Source: Antedon mediterranea
Taxonomy: Eukaryota > Animalia > Echinodermata
Direction: 5' to 3'
Length of the DNA stretch: 64,000 bases
Assembly: GCF_964355755.1 (NCBI RefSeq)
Contig: NC_092680.1
Span: forward strand, 11,160,001 to 11,224,000
Shown piece by piece: positions 63,901-64,000 of the stretch. A program made the position numbers and the translations under genes. Under the pieces are notes generated by a model. That model was given only the letters and a program-made list of their open reading frames with translations, was not told where the DNA came from and did no database searches. Positions within the stretch are counted from its first letter, which is position 1, and every line of letters begins with the position of its first letter.

Positions 63901-64000
63901 GAAATGTACAAAATGGTCTAAAACGTCTCCAAATGCGATTTGAAGCTATTCTAAGTACTTTTGTGTTTTTATGTTAACAAGTTTTTTCGAAAATCACAAA
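39969..64000 (+). repeat. Tandem ~13.3-kb segmental duplication (unit 1 ~39969-53285; unit 2 from ~53286 to beyond the window end)
   Basis: CGATATAAAG at 40061/53378 (offset 13317). Markers ATTTCTAGTT 41091/54407, GATGTTGTTGTG ~41203/54519, GAAACTCTTC and GGTCCAAAAC were seen only in these two units. ORF-track offsets are 13317, 13228 and 13140. Confidence 0.9.
47440..52595 (+). repeat. Near-identical copy of window 1 to ~5156 (offset 47,439 bp)
   Basis: ORF-track markers 2346/49785. Private variants GGTTTTTTTATG 3811/51250, AAAATGATATT ~3955/51394, GACTCCAAAT 4551/51990 and ATTTAGCTA ~4992/52431 match. Confidence 0.86.

Larger units (their letters stand above)
1..64000 (+). repeat. Tandem satellite DNA array with an ~88-bp monomer family (78-88 bp), putatively (peri)centromeric; continues beyond both window ends
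   Basis: The anchor AAAATGGTCTAAAACG or a near variant recurs throughout, e.g. at 65, 143, 231, 318 (spacings 78, 88, 87) and at 30012, 30090, 30178, 30266, 30353, 30437 (78, 88, 88, 87, 84). I saw no non-satellite sequence and no inverted block. The centromeric assignment is inference only. Confidence 0.98.

Noticed and set aside
1-64000. CRISPR-like appearance (constant AAAATGGTCTAAAACG separated by variable sequence)
   Set aside because: The intervening sequences are homologous to one another, fall into a few classes and are 60-70 bp long. There are no unique spacers, leader or cas genes.
1-64000. Hidden transposon, gene fragment, telomeric repeat or inversion within the array
   Set aside because: Reading the window through, every stretch parses as plus-orientation monomer. 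I found no reverse-strand anchor (CGTTTTAGACCATTTT), TTAGGG/TTTAGGG runs, LTR or TIR ends, or unique sequence. A very short insert could have been missed by eye.

Overview
The whole 64-kb window is one uninterrupted, head-to-tail, AT-rich (about 30% GC) tandem satellite array, all in one orientation. It has roughly 750 monomers (64 kb divided by about 85.5 bp), each anchored on AAAATGGTCTAAAACG and falling into a few length and sequence classes: 88, 87, 86/84 and a 78-bp deletion class. The monomers are arranged into nested higher-order repeats (HORs) and recent segmental duplications. Offsets read from shared private variants are about 425, 780, 852, 1202, 3528, 8495, 12210, 13317/13228/13140, 26734 and 47439 bp. 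I see no credible gene, RNA gene, transposon insertion or CRISPR array, and every ORF in the track is a chance read-through of satellite variants. The structure most resembles eukaryotic centromeric or pericentromeric satellite, but species and centromere function cannot be established from sequence alone. The points of real interest are structural: a cryptic palindromic monomer, a 10-bp (one helical turn) deletion class, a monomer-succession rule, whole-monomer indels between HOR copies, a distinct central sub-domain and CpG-decay variants. All alignments were done by eye.
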